Below are positions 46,466 through 57,782 of a stretch of DNA of 64,000 nt, piece after piece. The DNA is taken from assembly GCA_963803845.1 (NCBI GenBank), contig CAWDNZ010000004.1, positions 1,932,801 to 1,996,800 on the forward strand, given 5' to 3'. Both the position numbers and the translations under genes were made by a program. The notes under the pieces were generated by a model. The model was not told the origin of the DNA. It worked only from the letters and a program-made list of their open reading frames with translations, and ran no database searches. Within the stretch, counting starts at the first letter, position 1, and every line of letters starts with the position of its first letter. The DNA is from an uncultured Acidimicrobiales bacterium (GTDB lineage: Bacteria > Actinomycetota > Acidimicrobiia > Acidimicrobiales > SZUA-35).

Positions 46466-47682
46466 CCATCACCGCAGGCCAGACACACAGCTTCATGGGG
46501 GACCCCGATGACACCGGTCGCTTCGGGCAGTTCGGAGGGAGGTACGTGCCAGAAACACTCGTGCCAGCGTGCGCAGAGCTAGAGGTTGCGTTCAAACAAG
46601 CGTGGGCTGACCCAGAGTTCAAAGAGGAATTCCACACCCTTCTCAACACCTATGGTGGGCGCCCGTCGCCGGTCACGGAGTGCTTTCGACTCTCCAAGGA
46701 GTTGGGCTTTCGAGTCCTCCTCAAGCGTGAAGATCTCAATCACACCGGCTCCCACAAGATCAACAACGTGATCGGCCAGGCACTCCTGGCCAAGCGGATG
46801 GGGAAGAACCGCCTCGTAGCGGAAACCGGTGCCGGTCAGCACGGCGTTGCTACGGCTACCGCGGCGGCCCTCATGGGAATGGAATGCATCGTCTACATGG
46901 GCGAGGTAGACGTCAAGCGGCAGGCTCTCAACGTCTTCCGCATGCAACTTCTCGGCGCTGAGGTCCGGACCGCCATGTCCGGGTCACGGACCCTCAAGGA
47001 TGCAGTGAACGAGGCCATGCGAGACTGGGTGGCCACCGTGAACACCACCCACTACTGCCTTGGCTCGGTCATGGGTCCCCATCCCTATCCCTGGATGGTC
47101 CGAGAGTTCCACCGGGTCATTGGCGATGAAGCCCAGAGCCAATGCGCCGAAATGATCTCGGGCGATGGCATACCGGACTATGTGGTGGCCTGTGTTGGTG
47201 GTGGCTCAAATGCGGCCGGAATCTTTTCCGGATTCGCCGACACGAGGGCCAAATTGATCGGAGTCGAACCAGCTGGCGGTGCTGCGGTGGGGCGGGCGGT
47301 GCCTGGCGTTGTCCACGGTTCCAAGTCATACCTCATGCAGGATGAGTTCGGCCAGGTCCAGGAGGCCCACTCGGTTTCTGCCGGGCTCGACTACCCGGGG
47401 GTAGGCCCCGAGCATGCCCATCTGGCCAATATCGGTCGGGCCCGTTACGAAAGCGTGACCGACACCGAGGTGCTCGATGCATTCCAGCTGATGTCTCGAA
47501 CCGAGGGGATCATCCCGGCGCTCGAACCAGCTCACGGACTGGCATGGATGGTGAAAGCGAAGAGCGAACTGGCCGGAACAACGGTGCTGCTCAACTTGAG
47601 CGGTCGCGGCGACAAGGACGTTGCCCAGGTGCAAGCCATTCTCGACGGTGACCCAGAGGCCCTCGCTACGATGCGTCCGTGA
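46462..47682 (+). CDS. trpB: tryptophan synthase beta chain
   Basis: '[15 protein letters not shown]', '[11 protein letters not shown]', '[10 protein letters not shown]', 'GGGSNA'. ATG at 46462 overlaps the trpF stop (ATGA). Confidence 0.96.
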   Translation: MTITAGQTHSFMGDPDDTGRFGQFGGRYVPETLVPACAELEVAFKQAWADPEFKEEFHTLLNTYGGRPSPVTECFRLSKELGFRVLLKREDLNHTGSHKINNVIGQALLAKRMGKNRLVAETGAGQHGVATATAAALMGMECIVYMGEVDVKRQALNVFRMQLLGAEVRTAMSGSRTLKDAVNEAMRDWVATVNTTHYCLGSVMGPHPYPWMVREFHRVIGDEAQSQCAEMISGDGIPDYVVACVGGGSNAAGIFSGFADTRAKLIGVEPAGGAAVGRAVPGVVHGSKSYLMQDEFGQVQEAHSVSAGLDYPGVGPEHAHLANIGRARYESVTDTEVLDAFQLMSRTEGIIPALEPAHGLAWMVKAKSELAGTTVLLNLSGRGDKDVAQVQAILDGDPEALATMRP

Positions 47683-48467
47683 CTGTGCGTCCGGATCTCG
47701 AAAGCCATCTCACCGAACGGCGTGACGCGGGCCGCAAGCTCCTCCTTCCGTACGTAACTGGCGGCTACCCCGTGCAGGACTGGCCCCGTCTGATCGAAGG
47801 TTTTGCCGCCGCCGGTGCCGACGCCATCGAGATCGGCATTCCGTTCTCTGACCCGGTGATGGATGGTCCAACGATCCAGGAAGCATCCTCGATTGCGCTC
47901 GCCAACGGCGCCACTCCTCCGGCGATCTTGGATCGGGTGGCGCAGGCCGACGTGGACATCCCGCTCATCGCCATGACGTATTACAACGTGGCGTTTCGCA
48001 TGGGGCACAAGCGTTTCGCCGACGCCCTTGTCAACGCTGGCGTGGGCGGAGCGATCCTTCCAGACCTCCCACTGGAGGAGGCCACCGAATGGGCAGAAGA
48101 GGCCGACCGAGCCGGCGTCGCAACCGTCATGCTGGCAGCCCCTACCGGTGATGATGCCCGTCTCGCTCGGGTGGCCGAACGATCGCGAGGCTTCGTCTAC
48201 GGAGTTGGGGTGGTAGGCATCACCGGTGAACGCGCTGAACTCTCTGCCAGCGCCACCGAGATCGCAACTCGTCTGAAGGCCATTACCACCAAGCCGGTGG
48301 TGATCGGCCTCGGAATCTCTACTCCAGCTCAAGCCGCGGAGGTCGCCCAAATCGCCGACGGCGTGGTGGTGGCCAGCGCCATAATTCGTCGAATGCTGGT
48401 GGGCGGCTCGATCGATGACGCCATCGACTTCGTCGGCGAACTACGAAAAGCTTTGGACGCCGCGTAG
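47679..48467 (+). CDS. trpA: tryptophan synthase alpha chain
   Basis: '[10 protein letters not shown]', '[21 protein letters not shown]', '[13 protein letters not shown]'. The GTG overlaps the trpB stop (GTGA). Confidence 0.93.
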   Translation: MTVRPDLESHLTERRDAGRKLLLPYVTGGYPVQDWPRLIEGFAAAGADAIEIGIPFSDPVMDGPTIQEASSIALANGATPPAILDRVAQADVDIPLIAMTYYNVAFRMGHKRFADALVNAGVGGAILPDLPLEEATEWAEEADRAGVATVMLAAPTGDDARLARVAERSRGFVYGVGVVGITGERAELSASATEIATRLKAITTKPVVIGLGISTPAQAAEVAQIADGVVVASAIIRRMLVGGSIDDAIDFVGELRKALDAA

Positions 48468-48489
48468 TCATTCTCAATTGTGAGTTCGG

Positions 48490-50340
<1,851 letters not shown>

Positions 50341-50363
50341 CTACTCGACTGCATGACCCCAGG

Positions 50364-50648
50364 TTACTCGGCCAAATCGCTGTTGCGAACTCTTTCACCG
50401 AACGCCTCGAGTCTGGAGATCACTTCAGGGTCGGTTTCGATGGCGGAGAGCGAGATGGCAGCTTTGATTTCGCGGTACAGCTCGGACTCGGTGTCGCACA
50501 TGGTGCAGGAGTCCAGGTGTTTGGCTACCTGGCGGGCTTCTTCGGCGGTTAGCTCACCGTCGAGATACTGCTGGAGTAGCGCCAACGTCTCTGAACAGGT
50601 GAGGCGACCGCGAAGCCGGTTCATGAGGTCGGCCATGAGAGAATTCAT
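50364..50648 (-). CDS. cytoplasmic ZAS-family anti-sigma factor (RsrA/RshA-like)
   Basis: 94 aa with no TM. C18...H44-x3-C48-x2-C51 has the same C-to-H spacing (26) as C11/H37/C41/C44 of S. coelicolor RsrA as I recall it. The ATG overlaps the sigma-gene stop (ATGA). Confidence 0.75.
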   Translation of the reverse strand: MNSLMADLMNRLRGRLTCSETLALLQQYLDGELTAEEARQVAKHLDSCTMCDTESELYREIKAAISLSAIETDPEVISRLEAFGERVRNSDLAE

Positions 50649-51241
50649 CGTTTGTCAACCCCCGAGCGACGCTGTTTGATCGTTGCTGGGGCGAGTCGGA
50701 GACGGATGCGGCTGCGACCGCGATGCAGGCGGCTCATCACCGTTCCCACGGGGATATCCAACAAGTCGGCGGCCTCGGCGTAACTGAGGCCGTTCACATC
50801 AACGAGATCGACAACCGCTCGGAAGGGGATGGGCAGGTCATCGAGGGCTTGTTGGACCGCCGTTTCGAAGACCGGTTCCACAATGATGTCTTCGGGGGTG
50901 ATCTCTTCGATGCTGTCTGCGGCGGGATCATTTGGGTCGTCGAAAAGGTAAGGCTTCTTCTTCTGCCCTCGGTTGATATTGGTGTTTCGGAGAATCGTGA
51001 GTAGCCACGCCTTGGGGTAGCGGCCGTCGAATCGGTCGATGGCTCGAAATGCCCGCAGGAGAGTGTCTTGCACAAGATCTTCGGCATCGGTGTTGCTGCG
51101 CGTGAGCGAGTAGGCGGTGGCGAAGAGCAGGGGAATATGCGGTTGCACGTACAGGGCGAATCGCTCCCCGCTGCTGGACTCCGGCGTGATCGAATTCGGA
51201 GTTAGAGCCCTGTTGGCGGGGCGTGTCATGACGGCAACCAC
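50645..51241 (-). CDS. ECF (group IV) sigma-70 factor, SigR/SigH-like
   Basis: Region 2 'DAEDLVQDTLLRAFRAIDRF......KAWLLTILRN' and region 4 'LSYAEAADLLDIPVGTVMSRLHRGR'. Confidence 0.85.
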   Translation of the reverse strand: MVAVMTRPANRALTPNSITPESSSGERFALYVQPHIPLLFATAYSLTRSNTDAEDLVQDTLLRAFRAIDRFDGRYPKAWLLTILRNTNINRGQKKKPYLFDDPNDPAADSIEEITPEDIIVEPVFETAVQQALDDLPIPFRAVVDLVDVNGLSYAEAADLLDIPVGTVMSRLHRGRSRIRLRLAPATIKQRRSGVDKR

Positions 51242-51287
51242 GTGATGAATAACCGAGCGGCGTCCTGGTCCATTCCCGGCGCCGACA

Positions 51288-51698
51288 TCAGCGGTGTCCC
51301 TCGGTAGGAGAGTGGGTGTTGATCATTGCGGTACTGCCGGCATCGAAGTAGTCACTCATCAATTGCGCCACTTCAGGAGGGGCGGTGCGGCTGGCCAGGG
51401 AGACATGCAGCGCTTCCAGCATGTGTTGCAGCCAGTGGTCCCGAGCTCGCGGAGTTATGCGGAACGGGGCATGGCGCATGCGGAGCCTAGGGTGGCCACG
51501 CTCGTTGCTGTAGTGAGGTGGGCCGCCCCAATACTGGGCAAGGAACCCTGCGGTGGTTCGGCGTGACTCGGTGAGATCCTCCGGGTAGATTGCGGTCAGA
51601 ACAGGATCGGTGCTTACTCGGTCATAGAACTCGTTGACCAGTTCCACAAAGAATGCCTCGCCTCCTACCACATCGAAAACGGTTGCGGTCTCGGTCAC
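51288..51698 (-). CDS. glbO: group II truncated hemoglobin
   Basis: 'FDVVGGEAFF..LV..FY..V..DP.L..IYPE', 'FL.QYWGGP..Y....GHPRLRMRHAPF.I....RD.WL'. Confidence 0.85.
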   Translation of the reverse strand: MTETATVFDVVGGEAFFVELVNEFYDRVSTDPVLTAIYPEDLTESRRTTAGFLAQYWGGPPHYSNERGHPRLRMRHAPFRITPRARDHWLQHMLEALHVSLASRTAPPEVAQLMSDYFDAGSTAMINTHSPTEGHR

Positions 51699-51771
51699 AC
51701 AATCACGCTACCGGTGGCGGCATAAACGTCATGTAAGCCGCTTCCCTGCCTAGCGGCTCCCGCACCCACCG

Positions 51772-52209
51772 TTATGACGGGGCTGGTCCCAGCACGACCA
51801 TCAGCTCCACTTCGCAGGTGGTCTCACCGTCCACTTTTGCGACCCCGTGGCCTTTGCCGCCGCGAGCCGAGAGTCGACCGAAGGTCACTTCCATGTCGAG
51901 GACATCGCCGGGGGTGACCGGTCTCCGGAATTTTGCGCCGCTCACACCCGCTAGAAAGGGGATCCGGCCGGCAAATTTTGCTTCCGCCAGAACCGCGCAA
52001 GCGCCCGTTTGGGCGAGCGCCTCGATCTGCAAGACTCCAGGAACCACCGGCTGTCCGGGAAAGTGGCCAGGGAAAAACCATTCGTCACCGGTGAGACGCC
52101 AGAGACCTCGCACCCGTTCACCGGGTGTCAGCTCGGTGAGTTCGTCGACAAAAAGAAACGGGTGGCGGTGGGGGAGCAGGTCGATCGGAGAGGGGAGGGC
52201 GTCCAACAT
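51772..52209 (-). CDS. fabZ: 3-hydroxyacyl-ACP dehydratase
   Basis: 'LLPHRHPFLFVDEL', 'FFPGHFPGQPVVPGVLQIEALAQ'. Confidence 0.92.
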   Translation of the reverse strand: MLDALPSPIDLLPHRHPFLFVDELTELTPGERVRGLWRLTGDEWFFPGHFPGQPVVPGVLQIEALAQTGACAVLAEAKFAGRIPFLAGVSGAKFRRPVTPGDVLDMEVTFGRLSARGGKGHGVAKVDGETTCEVELMVVLGPAPS

Positions 52210-53382
52210 CTATGACGGTGGCCCAATGATGATGGTGCCGTTGTGGCCGCCGAAGCCGAAGCTGTTGGACATGGACGGGCCTGGTGTCCAGGGACGGGGT
52301 TCGCCCACCACCAGATTGATCGCAGGCAGTTCGGGATCGACGACCTCATACCCTGCCGTTGGCGGAATCAGCTTGTGCTCTATCGCCAGGAGGACCGCGA
52401 CCGCCTCGAGGGCGCCAGCTGCTCCGAGGGCGTGGCCGGTGATGCCCTTGGTGGAAGTCACCAGCGGACCCGGTTCGCCGAATACCTTCGCCATAGCGTG
52501 CGCCTCGGCGGAGTCGTTGAGGGGAGTGCTAGTTCCGTGGGCATTGATGTGCACGATGTCGGAAGGTCGGAGACCGGCATGCTCCATGGCGAGTTCCATG
52601 GACCGCACGGCTCCCGAACCGCCCGGAGCAGGTGCAGTGATGTGGTGAGCATCGGCGGTTGAGGCCGCTCCCAGCATCTCACCGATGATCGTGGCGCCTC
52701 GATCTACAGCGTGATTCCATTCTTCGAGAACGATAACACCCGCACCCTCGCCCATCATGAAACCGTCACGGCGGGCATCGAAGGGAACGGAAATGCCGGT
52801 CGACGACAGTGCCGTCATGTTGCCGAAGCCTGCCAGCGAGGTTGGTGTGAACGCTGCTTCGGAACCGCCGGCAAACACTGCGTCGCATCGTCCATCAGCG
52901 ATCATCCGCATGGCGTTGCCAATGCTGTGGGTCCCGGCGGCACAAGCGGTCACCGTGGCCTCACATGGGCCCTGAAAGCCGTGCCGCATCGATACTGCCG
53001 CCGCTGCCGCATTTGGCATCATCATCGGGACCAGGAACGGCGACACCCGTCGGCTGCCTTTTACATGTTGGATGACGATCTGTTCTTCGTTGGTGCCGAT
53101 CCCGCCAATCCCGGTGCCGATGAGAGTTCCGATGCGACCCGGATCAATATTGAGGTCACCCGCGTGTTCAGCTGCCTCAGCGGCTGCGGCAATGGCGAAC
53201 TGGGCGAAGCGGTCGGCCCGCCTCGATTCTTTCGGATTGGAGAAGTAAGGGGAGGGGTCCCAATTGGGAACGCGACGCTCGCCCTCGGGAGCGGGGCCGA
53301 TAAGGCCTTCCCAAAAAGCTTGTTTGCCGGTTCCGCAGGGGCCGACAACCCCGAGACCGGTGATGGCGACCCGGCGGGACAT
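52210..53382 (-). CDS. fabF: beta-ketoacyl-ACP synthase II
   Basis: 'RRVAITGLGVV', active-site region 'ATVTACAAGTHSIG', 'NAHGTSTPLND', 'NSFGFGGHN'. Confidence 0.92.
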   Translation of the reverse strand: MSRRVAITGLGVVGPCGTGKQAFWEGLIGPAPEGERRVPNWDPSPYFSNPKESRRADRFAQFAIAAAAEAAEHAGDLNIDPGRIGTLIGTGIGGIGTNEEQIVIQHVKGSRRVSPFLVPMMMPNAAAAAVSMRHGFQGPCEATVTACAAGTHSIGNAMRMIADGRCDAVFAGGSEAAFTPTSLAGFGNMTALSSTGISVPFDARRDGFMMGEGAGVIVLEEWNHAVDRGATIIGEMLGAASTADAHHITAPAPGGSGAVRSMELAMEHAGLRPSDIVHINAHGTSTPLNDSAEAHAMAKVFGEPGPLVTSTKGITGHALGAAGALEAVAVLLAIEHKLIPPTAGYEVVDPELPAINLVVGEPRPWTPGPSMSNSFGFGGHNGTIIIGPPS

Positions 53383-53621
53383 TAGAGTTTGGCGACGATC
53401 AGGTCGTAAGCCCCGCCAACGGTCTGGACCCCTTCCAGTTCCTCCTCTTCAACGGAGACGTCGAATTCTTCTTCGAGTGCCATGACGAGCTCGACGAGAT
53501 CGAGGCTGTCGGCGTCGAGGTCTTCCGCGAAGCGAGCTTCCTTCTTGACAGCGTCGGCCTCGACGGAGAGGACCTCCACTGCGCAGGCGGTGAATCGGGT
53601 GAAATAATCTTGTTCGCTCAC
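53382..53621 (-). CDS. acpP: acyl carrier protein
   Basis: 79 aa with the '[20 protein letters not shown]' phosphopantetheine Ser motif. The stop overlaps the fabF ATG by 1 nt. Confidence 0.93.
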   Translation of the reverse strand: MSEQDYFTRFTACAVEVLSVEADAVKKEARFAEDLDADSLDLVELVMALEEEFDVSVEEEELEGVQTVGGAYDLIVAKL

Positions 53622-53715
53622 GTATCTGTCTCTTTCGTCGTGATGCTTGTGGTTAGGTTAAAGACTAGTTGCTGGGGCGGGTTTCGGTTGGTGTTGGCCG
53701 GAGGATCTGAACACC

Positions 53716-54441
53716 TCAGACCCCCCCACCCATTCCGAGGCCACCATCAACGGCGATCGTGGTCCCGGTGATATACGCGGCCTGGGGCGATGCGAGGAAG
53801 ACGATGGCGGCAGCAACCTCATCTACCGTACCCACGCGCCCAAGGGGCACGGCCGAGGTGATGGACTCCTTGGCCGCATCGGAGACTGCGTCGAACATGT
53901 CGGTGCCGATGGGGCCGGGAGCCACGATGTTGACGGTGATGTTGCGGGAGGCGAATTCGCGAGCCAGCGATCGAGCGAGTCCAACGAGCCCGGCCTTGCT
54001 GGCCGCGTAATTGACTTGGCCGGTCTGCCCGATCGCCCCCACCACCGAGGAGATGAAAATGATCCGGCCAGACCGGGCCTTCATCATGGGTTTCACCGCC
54101 CGCTTGGCAACGCGCCAGGAGCCGGTGAGGTTGGCATCCACGACGCTCGTGAAGTCTTCTTCTTTCATGCGAAGCGTCAAGCCGTCACGGGTAATGCCGG
54201 CATTGGCCACCAGCACGCTCACAGGGCCGAGTGTGTTTTCAACAGCGGTGAAGAGCGATTCGACGCTTGCGGGCGACGTGATGTCCCCTTCGAACCACTG
54301 GACACCTGGCGGAACATCGGCCGGCTCGGAGCGACTGGCGATCGCGACCGAATGGCCGGCGGCAGCGAGTGCAATTGCGGTTGCCCTTCCAATGCCGCGT
54401 GATCCGCCAGTGACGAGAGCGACGCTGGTCTGGTCGCTCAC
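53716..54441 (-). CDS. fabG: 3-oxoacyl-ACP reductase
   Basis: 'ALVTGGSRGIGRA', 'NAGI', 'YAASKAG'. GTG at 54441 overlaps the fabH stop (GTGA); the ORF track extends to 54639. Confidence 0.9.
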   Translation of the reverse strand: MSDQTSVALVTGGSRGIGRATAIALAAAGHSVAIASRSEPADVPPGVQWFEGDITSPASVESLFTAVENTLGPVSVLVANAGITRDGLTLRMKEEDFTSVVDANLTGSWRVAKRAVKPMMKARSGRIIFISSVVGAIGQTGQVNYAASKAGLVGLARSLAREFASRNITVNIVAPGPIGTDMFDAVSDAAKESITSAVPLGRVGTVDEVAAAIVFLASPQAAYITGTTIAVDGGLGMGGGV

Positions 54442-55385
54442 GATCCGTTCCACCGGACCACGGCACTGGCCCAAGTCATGCCAGCTCCGAAGCCGATGAA
54501 CATCACCAAATCGCCGTTCTTGACGCGGTCTTCCTGTAGCGCAGCATGGAGGGCGAGGGGGATGGTGGCACCGGAGGTGTTCCCGGTGTTCTCCAGCACC
54601 ATGGCGGTTTTCTCCATGGGGATCCCCAGCTTCTTCCACGCCGATTCAACGATGCGGATATTCGCTTGGTGCGGGATGAAGAGGGCGATGTCGTCGACCG
54701 TGTTGCCGGCCATCGCCAGGGTGTTCTGTACGGTTCGCTGGATCGCTACGACCGCTTGACGGAAGACTTCCTTGCCGTCCATCTTCAGTACGTCGCCGTG
54801 TTCGGCGTACAGGATGTGGATGTATTTGCCGTCGGCGCCAAGGTCCCAACCCAGCAATTCGCCGACCCCAGACGGATCTCGTTCGATCACTGCGGCGCCG
54901 CCACCGTTGCCGAAGAGAATTCCCGTGCCGCGGTCGTGGTAATCGGTGATCTTGTCCAGAGCCTCGGCTCCGACCAGGAGAATCCGGTTCATTCCCTGCA
55001 TGAGGAAGCCGTTGGCGATTGGCAAGCCGTAGACCCATCCGGAGCAGGCGGCCTGAATGTCGAGAGCGCCACAGTCAAGGCCCAATTCGTTGGCGACCGC
55101 TGGCGCTGTGCCGGGGCAGATGTGTTCCGGACTGGTGGTTGCGAGCAAGAGGAGATCGATATCAGCGGGTCCGACCCCGGCGGCGTCCATGGCTCCTTGG
55201 CAAGCGAGCGTGGCGAGTTCGGTGGTGCTGGACCCGATGTGGCGCTGGCGGATACCGGTTCGCTCATAGATCCACTCGTCCGTGGTGTCCATGTAGCCTT
55301 CGAGATCCACGTTGGTGAGCACCTTGTCCGGAAGTGACGACCCGACGCCCGACAACCGAAAGCCTGAGGGCTGATGTGAGGTCAT
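54438..55385 (-). CDS. fabH: beta-ketoacyl-ACP synthase III
   Basis: 'TSDEWI..RTGI..R', 'DIQAACSGWVYGL', 'FIPHQANIRI', 'GNTSGATIPLAL'. Confidence 0.93.
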   Translation of the reverse strand: MTSHQPSGFRLSGVGSSLPDKVLTNVDLEGYMDTTDEWIYERTGIRQRHIGSSTTELATLACQGAMDAAGVGPADIDLLLLATTSPEHICPGTAPAVANELGLDCGALDIQAACSGWVYGLPIANGFLMQGMNRILLVGAEALDKITDYHDRGTGILFGNGGGAAVIERDPSGVGELLGWDLGADGKYIHILYAEHGDVLKMDGKEVFRQAVVAIQRTVQNTLAMAGNTVDDIALFIPHQANIRIVESAWKKLGIPMEKTAMVLENTGNTSGATIPLALHAALQEDRVKNGDLVMFIGFGAGMTWASAVVRWNGS

Positions 55386-56569
55386 GACTGCACCCTAAGC
55401 CATGCGATTGGCTGTGAGGAAGCAACTCGTTCGCCGGGAAAGGCGAGCATGCCGTGCAGCTCACCGGCAAAGGCCGTGCGTATCTCCATACTCCCCACAT
55501 GGCCGATGAGGTCACCGACGCCGACCATGTGACCGGTTTGGGTTTCGGGAAGGGGAGTGAACACCCCGCTGCCCGGGCTAACCACGAGACGCTCGCTGGC
55601 GTGAAGGAACTCCCCATCGGGCGAGCGATCATTCTTTGGGGAGTGCGACAACTCCTCGAGAAGTTTGTCGAGCCCGTCCGGCGTGGAAATGGCAGCATTG
55701 GCAACTGCGGGGAGCGTGCGTTTGGCCATTCCAGACAGGACGCTGCCGGGCCCGAGTTCCACGAGGAGGCTGGCGCCGGCTTCTTCCATCGTGTGCAACG
55801 ACTGGCGCCATTGCACCGGACTGGTCAGCTGAGCGCTGAGGAGTTCGGCCCATTCGCTGTCACCCAAGTGAAATTGGGCGTCCACGTTGGCCACCACCGG
55901 GCGTTCGGGCACCCGAAACTCCACGTCCTTCAGTGCCTTGCCCAATCGTTCGCCCGCCGACGCCATGAATGGAGTGTGGAATGCACCGCCAACTTTGATT
56001 GGCAGCACTCGCTTGGCTCCCAAACTCTTGGCCAAGTCGCCCGCTGCGGCGATGCCCTCCTCACTTCCTGCGATCACTACTTGCCCAGGGGCGTTGAAGT
56101 TGGCCACGAACGCATCATGGTTGGCTTTCTCACAGGCCAGTTCCACCAGTTCGTCGTCGAGCCCCAGCACCGCCGCCATCGTGCCGGGATTGGCATCGGC
56201 GGCGGCTTGCATTGCGTTGCCCCGTTCGGTGACCAGCCGGACGCCGTCGGCAAAGGACACCGCTCCACAGGCGACCAGAGCGGAGTACTCGCCGAGCGAG
56301 TGACCAGCATGCATCGCGGGCTCTATTCCCAACCGCTCCACGGCGTCGAGGACCACCATGCTCAGAACAAACGTGGAGAGTTGAGCGTTTCGGGTCTGCC
56401 GAAGTTCTTCGGCGTCCGCACTGAGAAGGAGCATGGCAATGTCTCGCTCAGCGACGTCGCTGGCCTCCGCTACCAACTCCCACGATGGGTGATCGGTCCA
56501 GGATGACCCCATCCCCGGAGCTTGACTGCCCTGGCCGGGGTAGGTAAATGCGATTTGGGTGGTTGCCAT
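55382..56569 (-). CDS. fabD: malonyl-CoA:ACP transacylase with a C-terminal biotinyl/lipoyl-like (BCCP-fold) domain lacking the modifiable Lys
   Basis: Residues 1-306 are typical FabD ('FTYPGQGSQ', 'GHSLGEYSALV', 'VGGAFHTP', 'V.W..S'). Residues 326-395, 'ERLVVSPGSGVFTP...VGVGDLIGHVGSMEIRTAFAGELHGMLAFPGERVASSQPIAWL', follow the BCCP pattern but read SM-EI where BCCP has (A/S)MKM(E). ATG at 56569 chosen. Confidence 0.85.
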   Translation of the reverse strand: MATTQIAFTYPGQGSQAPGMGSSWTDHPSWELVAEASDVAERDIAMLLLSADAEELRQTRNAQLSTFVLSMVVLDAVERLGIEPAMHAGHSLGEYSALVACGAVSFADGVRLVTERGNAMQAAADANPGTMAAVLGLDDELVELACEKANHDAFVANFNAPGQVVIAGSEEGIAAAGDLAKSLGAKRVLPIKVGGAFHTPFMASAGERLGKALKDVEFRVPERPVVANVDAQFHLGDSEWAELLSAQLTSPVQWRQSLHTMEEAGASLLVELGPGSVLSGMAKRTLPAVANAAISTPDGLDKLLEELSHSPKNDRSPDGEFLHASERLVVSPGSGVFTPLPETQTGHMVGVGDLIGHVGSMEIRTAFAGELHGMLAFPGERVASSQPIAWLRVQS

Positions 56570-56723
56570 TAGAAAGATAGACCCCGAGAGTTCCCGATGG
56601 GTTACAGAGTGGTCCAGATTTGGACCGGAATGCAATGAATCAGGTGTTGTACCCGAATCGACGGCAAGTCAGGTCAAAACCGTGCCCATCGAGCCTCGAA
56701 CGTTGTTATTCTCTGTCTGCTAG

Positions 56724-56809
<86 letters not shown>

Positions 56810-56854
56810 ACACCAGCGGCAAACCCGCAGTTTCGAAGGAGGGTCAAGCAACCG

Positions 56855-57151
56855 ATGTTCCAGTCATCGATTGAGCGGCGCCTCCGCAATGTTGGCGGAG
56901 AAATCGTAGGGTTGCGGAATGAGCTGCGCGTCCTCGAAGAGCAACTGGCCCATTTCGCCGATGAAGCTGACGAAGCCCGGTTGCGCTCCTTGGTCAGTGA
57001 GACCCCGCTGGCAGGCCGAGAACATCGTGACGCCTCCCGCACCGTTGCCGCTCTCCAGCGGGATCGAGTAGTCAAAGTGGAGCGGCTCGGAAAGCTTGAA
57101 CAGAAACAGGACGGTCTTTTGGATGAGCTGAACACTCGGAAGAGCCAGTGA
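56855..57151 (+). CDS. small coiled-coil protein, function unknown
   Basis: 98 aa starting at an ATG preceded by 'GAAGGAGGG'; heptad-like charged/Leu pattern. The ORF-track start at 56738 would overlap the tRNA and is rejected. Confidence 0.5.
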   Translation: MFQSSIERRLRNVGGEIVGLRNELRVLEEQLAHFADEADEARLRSLVSETPLAGREHRDASRTVAALQRDRVVKVERLGKLEQKQDGLLDELNTRKSQ

Positions 57152-57164
57152 TAGGCCATGAGGT

Positions 57165-57737
57165 ATGACCCGTGTGGTGGTGGCCGAAGACGAATCGCTT
57201 ATCCGTCTGGATTTGATCGAGACACTCACCGAAGAGGGCTATGAAGTAGTGGGCGAGGCCGCCGACGGAGAAACCGCCGTTCGCCTCGTAAAGGAACTGC
57301 GTCCTGATGTGGCGGTGTTGGACATCAAGATGCCGGGCACTGACGGTCTCGCCGCCGCCAGACAGATCATTTCCGCCGGTTTGTCGGCAGTTGTTATCCT
57401 CACCGCCTTCTCCCAACGTGAACTAATCGAACAGGCGCGAGATGCCGGTGCGCTGGCGTACGTGGTGAAACCGTTCGAGCGCAATGATCTTGTCCCGGCT
57501 ATCGAAATGGCCATCGCTCGGTTCACCGACCTGGCCGCAGCCGACGCTCGAGCGGTCATCGCCGAAGACAAGCTGAGCGAACGCAAGCTCTTGGACCGAG
57601 CCAAAGGTTTCCTGATGGACAGCCACGGCATGACCGAAGCCGATGCCTTTCGGTTCCTGCGATCTACCGCCATGTCCGGTCGTTCATCGTTAGGGGCCGT
57701 GGCTCAAGAGGTCCTCGACGGCAAGCTGACGCCATAG
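57165..57737 (+). CDS. pdtaR: ANTAR-domain response regulator (PdtaR-like)
   Basis: Receiver 'VVVAEDESLIRLDL...PDVAVLDIKMPGTDGL' plus a C-terminal ANTAR 'KLLDRAKGFLMDSHGMTEADAFRFLRSTAMSGR'. The position upstream of polA-rpsA matches mycobacterial synteny. Confidence 0.85.
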   Translation: MTRVVVAEDESLIRLDLIETLTEEGYEVVGEAADGETAVRLVKELRPDVAVLDIKMPGTDGLAAARQIISAGLSAVVILTAFSQRELIEQARDAGALAYVVKPFERNDLVPAIEMAIARFTDLAAADARAVIAEDKLSERKLLDRAKGFLMDSHGMTEADAFRFLRSTAMSGRSSLGAVAQEVLDGKLTP

Positions 57738-57782
57738 TTCCGAGGCGGTGCGCCAACGGCTACGGCTCATAGGATCAAGCCG

